Shown one piece after another: positions 47,525-50,210 of a DNA stretch of 50,210 bases. Position numbers and translations under genes: made by a program. Numbering within the stretch: the first letter of the stretch is position 1; every line of letters starts with the position of its first letter. Below the pieces are notes generated by a model, which was not told where the DNA came from, did no database searches, and saw only the letters and a program-made list of their open reading frames with translations. Source of the DNA: a virus. Its lineage: Duplodnaviria > Caudoviricetes. The stretch spans positions 1 to 50,210 of the IMG/VR virus record IMGVR_UViG_3300044960_000817. One strand, 5' to 3'.

Positions 47525-48664
47525 TCAGCCGGCGTGCAGCGTGCAGGGAATGACCGTCCAGCGGTAGCCCAGCGCCGGGTCGACCGGCACCGCCGCCCAG
47601 CGCACCGCCACCAGCGCCCGGGCGATCGTCCCGGCCCGCAGCAGGTCGTCGGCCTGCCGCTGCGCCTCCCAGGCGTGCGGCGCGGCCTCCAGCAGGTCGC
47701 CGGCGGCGATGTCGCCGCCGCTGTCGCAGACCCGGATTTTGCCCAGCCCGAGCGCCGCCACGGTGTAGACCGGCCGGTCGTTCAGGCCGAAGCTCATCCC
47801 GGCCGCGTCGTCGCGCAGCTTGCCCCACCAGACGCCGTAGACGCGCGGATCGCCCGCCCGCGCCGCCGGCCCGACGCGCGGCACATCGTCGCGCGTCGGG
47901 CCCTGCACCTCGCGCCAGTGCCGGCTGCCGCGCCCCGCGCGCCGGTCATGCCGGACCAGTTCCGACCAGGCGACCGTGCCGTTCGGATGGCGCGCCTGGC
48001 GCTCCTCCAGCCAGTAGGTGTTCTCGCTCGGGCAGAGCTCGCCGGTGGCGACCACCACGCCGTAACGCGGCGGCTCAGCCTGGCCGTCGGCCAGTTGGGT
48101 CGGGTGCGCCCCCAGGAAGGTCTGGTAGGTGACCGTCGTGCCCGTGACCGAGATATAGCCCTCCTCGGTGCCGTCCTGGCGCAGCGAGACCAGCGTGCCG
48201 TCGCTGGTCAGCCGGTCGATAATCAGCGGCAGCCCGTTGTTGCCGATGACCTTGACGTTGTTGGTCGCGCTGACCTCGAAGCGCTTGTCCGGCAGCGTCG
48301 GCGTGGGATAGCCGGTGGGCGTGCCCGGCCGGCCCTCGAAGGTGCCGTAGACGAAGAGGTTCCGGGAGTCGTCGATGCCGAAGGCTTCGACGCCGTCGAT
48401 CGAGTAACTCAGGCCCTTGGTGTTGCCGGCCAGCGTGTTCTTCCAGAAGCCGGTGTCGGTATCGGCATTGTTGAAGCCCAGCGCGGCGGCGTTGTACGAC
48501 CCGCCCGAGCCGTTCGCGCCGTGGAGGAAGACCGCCTGGGTGTCGGTGGCATGGCCCGAGAGCACATTTTTGAGATAGGTGAGATTATCGCGCACGTGGG
48601 TATTCATCAGCGCGGCGGTGACGATCTCGCCCGAGACCCAGGTGCGGGGCGTTGTCCAGGCCAT
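47525..48664 (-). CDS. Tail fibre/minor tail protein with probable C-terminal chaperone-like domain
   Basis: MAWTTPRTWVSGEIVTAALMNTHVRDNL N-terminus; AGGAGG RBS; FLGAH..GDIAAGDLL..IPCTLH C-terminus. Confidence 0.75.
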   Translation of the reverse strand: MAWTTPRTWVSGEIVTAALMNTHVRDNLTYLKNVLSGHATDTQAVFLHGANGSGGSYNAAALGFNNADTDTGFWKNTLAGNTKGLSYSIDGVEAFGIDDSRNLFVYGTFEGRPGTPTGYPTPTLPDKRFEVSATNNVKVIGNNGLPLIIDRLTSDGTLVSLRQDGTEEGYISVTGTTVTYQTFLGAHPTQLADGQAEPPRYGVVVATGELCPSENTYWLEERQARHPNGTVAWSELVRHDRRAGRGSRHWREVQGPTRDDVPRVGPAARAGDPRVYGVWWGKLRDDAAGMSFGLNDRPVYTVAALGLGKIRVCDSGGDIAAGDLLEAAPHAWEAQRQADDLLRAGTIARALVAVRWAAVPVDPALGYRWTVIPCTLHAG

Positions 48665-48681
48665 CGATTCCCTCCTAGCTC

Positions 48682-50210
48682 CTAGTAGGACAGCCGGGTG
48701 GCGCTGTCGAGCGCGCTCAGGTCGAGTTGCCAGACCGCGCCGACCAGCGCCGTCAGCGCCGGGGCCAGGCTCCAGGTGGTCCGCCAGGGCGCATCGGGCC
48801 GGATGGTGTGCTCGACGCCCTGGATGACGAGCTGCTGGTCGAGCGTCGCCCCCGCCCAGGACATGCGCCGGATGACCCGGAGGCGGTCGCCGATATCGCG
48901 CCCGAGCAGGTGCGGCCAGTGGCCGCTGCTCGGGTCGCCGTAGCCCTCGAGCTGCAGCGCGGTGATGCGCACCTGCGGCTCCTTGTACTGCGCCAGCAGC
49001 CACTCGGCGGCATTGCGCGCCTCGCTGTCGTTCGTCATCAGCAGGCCCGTGACGGCCAGCGAGCGCTTGAAATGTTTGGTGATGCTGGTGGCGTCGGTGA
49101 CGGTCTGAGCCGCGCCGCCCTCGCGCGTGACGGAGACCTCGTTCCAGAGCCGCACGTCGTCGTAGGCCAGTTGGACCTTGGCATAGGGCAGCTCGCTGGC
49201 CGGATCGTCGCCAAAGGTAGCCTGCACGTTCGTGTAGCGCGGCAGCGTCATCAGGTCGCCGCGGCCGAGGAAGACGAGCTGGCCGAGCGGGTTGAGGTAC
49301 ATCAGGCCCATCTCGGTCGCGTCGACCGCCTGCAGGTGCGCCAGCACATCCTCGTTGGCCAGCGTCTTGGCCTGGACGGTGCTCAGCCCGGCGCTGACCA
49401 GCCGGTCGCCGGCCGGGCCGAGGATCGTGCTCGTGTCGAGCACGCTGGTGTCGAGCAGCCAGACGGTGCTGCTCGGCCCGGCCCAGTTGATCTGGTCGAG
49501 CACCGCCGTCACCCGCTCATCGCTGCGCTGCTGCGGGAAGCTCGCGCTGAGCTTCACCGTCGCCAGGAATTTATAGCCGTCGACCGCCTGGACCTCGCTC
49601 TCGGCTTGGCAATACCCATCCGGCCAGTCCAGTCCCCAACTCTCGATAAATCCGGTGAAGAGCGTCCAGACCGTGTTGCCGTCGAAGGTCGCCCGCACCC
49701 GCACCCGCTTGGCCGGGATCACCTGCGGATAGTACGGGCTGCCGCTGTTGCCGGGATGGAAGCGCGCGTCGTCGTTGCGCAGCGTCAGCACGCAGGTGCC
49801 GGCCTCGATCCGGTTCAACTCGTCCTGCCGGCCGCGCCGGATCGTGCAGGCCAGCACGTAGTCGGAGATATCGGTCCAGGTCAGCGTCACGTCGCCGGGG
49901 TTGTTGGCAAAGGCGACGTCGACCAGCAGGCGCGGGCGGGTGGTCGTCTCGACCTGCCGGACCAGCACTTCCAGCGCCGCCTGGGTGATCCGGACGTGCT
50001 GCTCCTCGCGGACCAGCGCCTCGACCGCCGCCTGCGTCAGCCGCGCGCCGGGATCGCCCGGCCGGTCGAGCGCCTCGACCGCCGCCTGCGTCAGCCGCGC
50101 GCCGGGATCGCCCGGCCGGTCGAGCGCCTCGACCGCCGCCTGCGTCAGCCGCGCGCCGGGATCGCCCGGCCGGTCGAGCGCCTCGACCGCCGCCTGCGTC
50201 AGCCGCGCGC
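48682..50210 (-). CDS. Minor tail (hub-like) protein, C-terminal part, continuous with 1-752
   Basis: Frame open to the window end through the repeats; WTDISDYV..IRRGRQ..AG...L.N.D.RF motif; ends with IQGVEHTI..W.T. Confidence 0.8.
   Translation of the reverse strand, partial: ARLTQAAVEALDRPGDPGARLTQAAVEALDRPGDPGARLTQAAVEALDRPGDPGARLTQAAVEALVREEQHVRITQAALEVLVRQVETTTRPRLLVDVAFANNPGDVTLTWTDISDYVLACTIRRGRQDELNRIEAGTCVLTLRNDDARFHPGNSGSPYYPQVIPAKRVRVRATFDGNTVWTLFTGFIESWGLDWPDGYCQAESEVQAVDGYKFLATVKLSASFPQQRSDERVTAVLDQINWAGPSSTVWLLDTSVLDTSTILGPAGDRLVSAGLSTVQAKTLANEDVLAHLQAVDATEMGLMYLNPLGQLVFLGRGDLMTLPRYTNVQATFGDDPASELPYAKVQLAYDDVRLWNEVSVTREGGAAQTVTDATSITKHFKRSLAVTGLLMTNDSEARNAAEWLLAQYKEPQVRITALQLEGYGDPSSGHWPHLLGRDIGDRLRVIRRMSWAGATLDQQLVIQGVEHTIRPDAPWRTTWSLAPALTALVGAVWQLDLSALDSATRLSY
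50015..50210. repeat. 54-bp tandem repeat
   Basis: Units start at 50030, 50084, 50138 and 50192 (partial). Confidence 0.95.

Overview
The window is an essentially complete ~50 kb, very GC-rich tailed-phage genome (long non-contractile tail type). It is circularly permuted: bases 1-127 equal bases 50084-50210, and the join falls inside a 54-bp repeat of a tail gene. Almost all genes are on the minus strand: replication/regulation, terminase, head, tail, lysis and accessory genes. The endolysin cell-wall repeat points to a Chloroflexota host. The most unusual biology is in the head module. The portal is fused to an R-S-E (VIP2-like) ADP-ribosyltransferase, and the Mu-gpI-like prohead protease is fused to ChaB and a 2H phosphoesterase. 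Short motifs (RQA[AS][ED]P and YxPxQPRYPxGHPxGGQW) recur at these domain borders and in an uncalled 50-aa micro-ORF. The same genome carries a DraG/ARH-family ADP-ribosylhydrolase behind a near-consensus sigma70 promoter. That promoter belongs to a family of five to six sharing a 14-bp quasi-palindrome. Other points: a tRNA-Lys-derived att core with no integrase beside an apparently truncated repressor, a Tat-like N-terminus on TerL, an AAA/DUF1257/DUF2997/DUF3150-like module, two ECF sigma factors and an NLTPH-family gene. All calls come from motif recognition by eye; no database searches were run.
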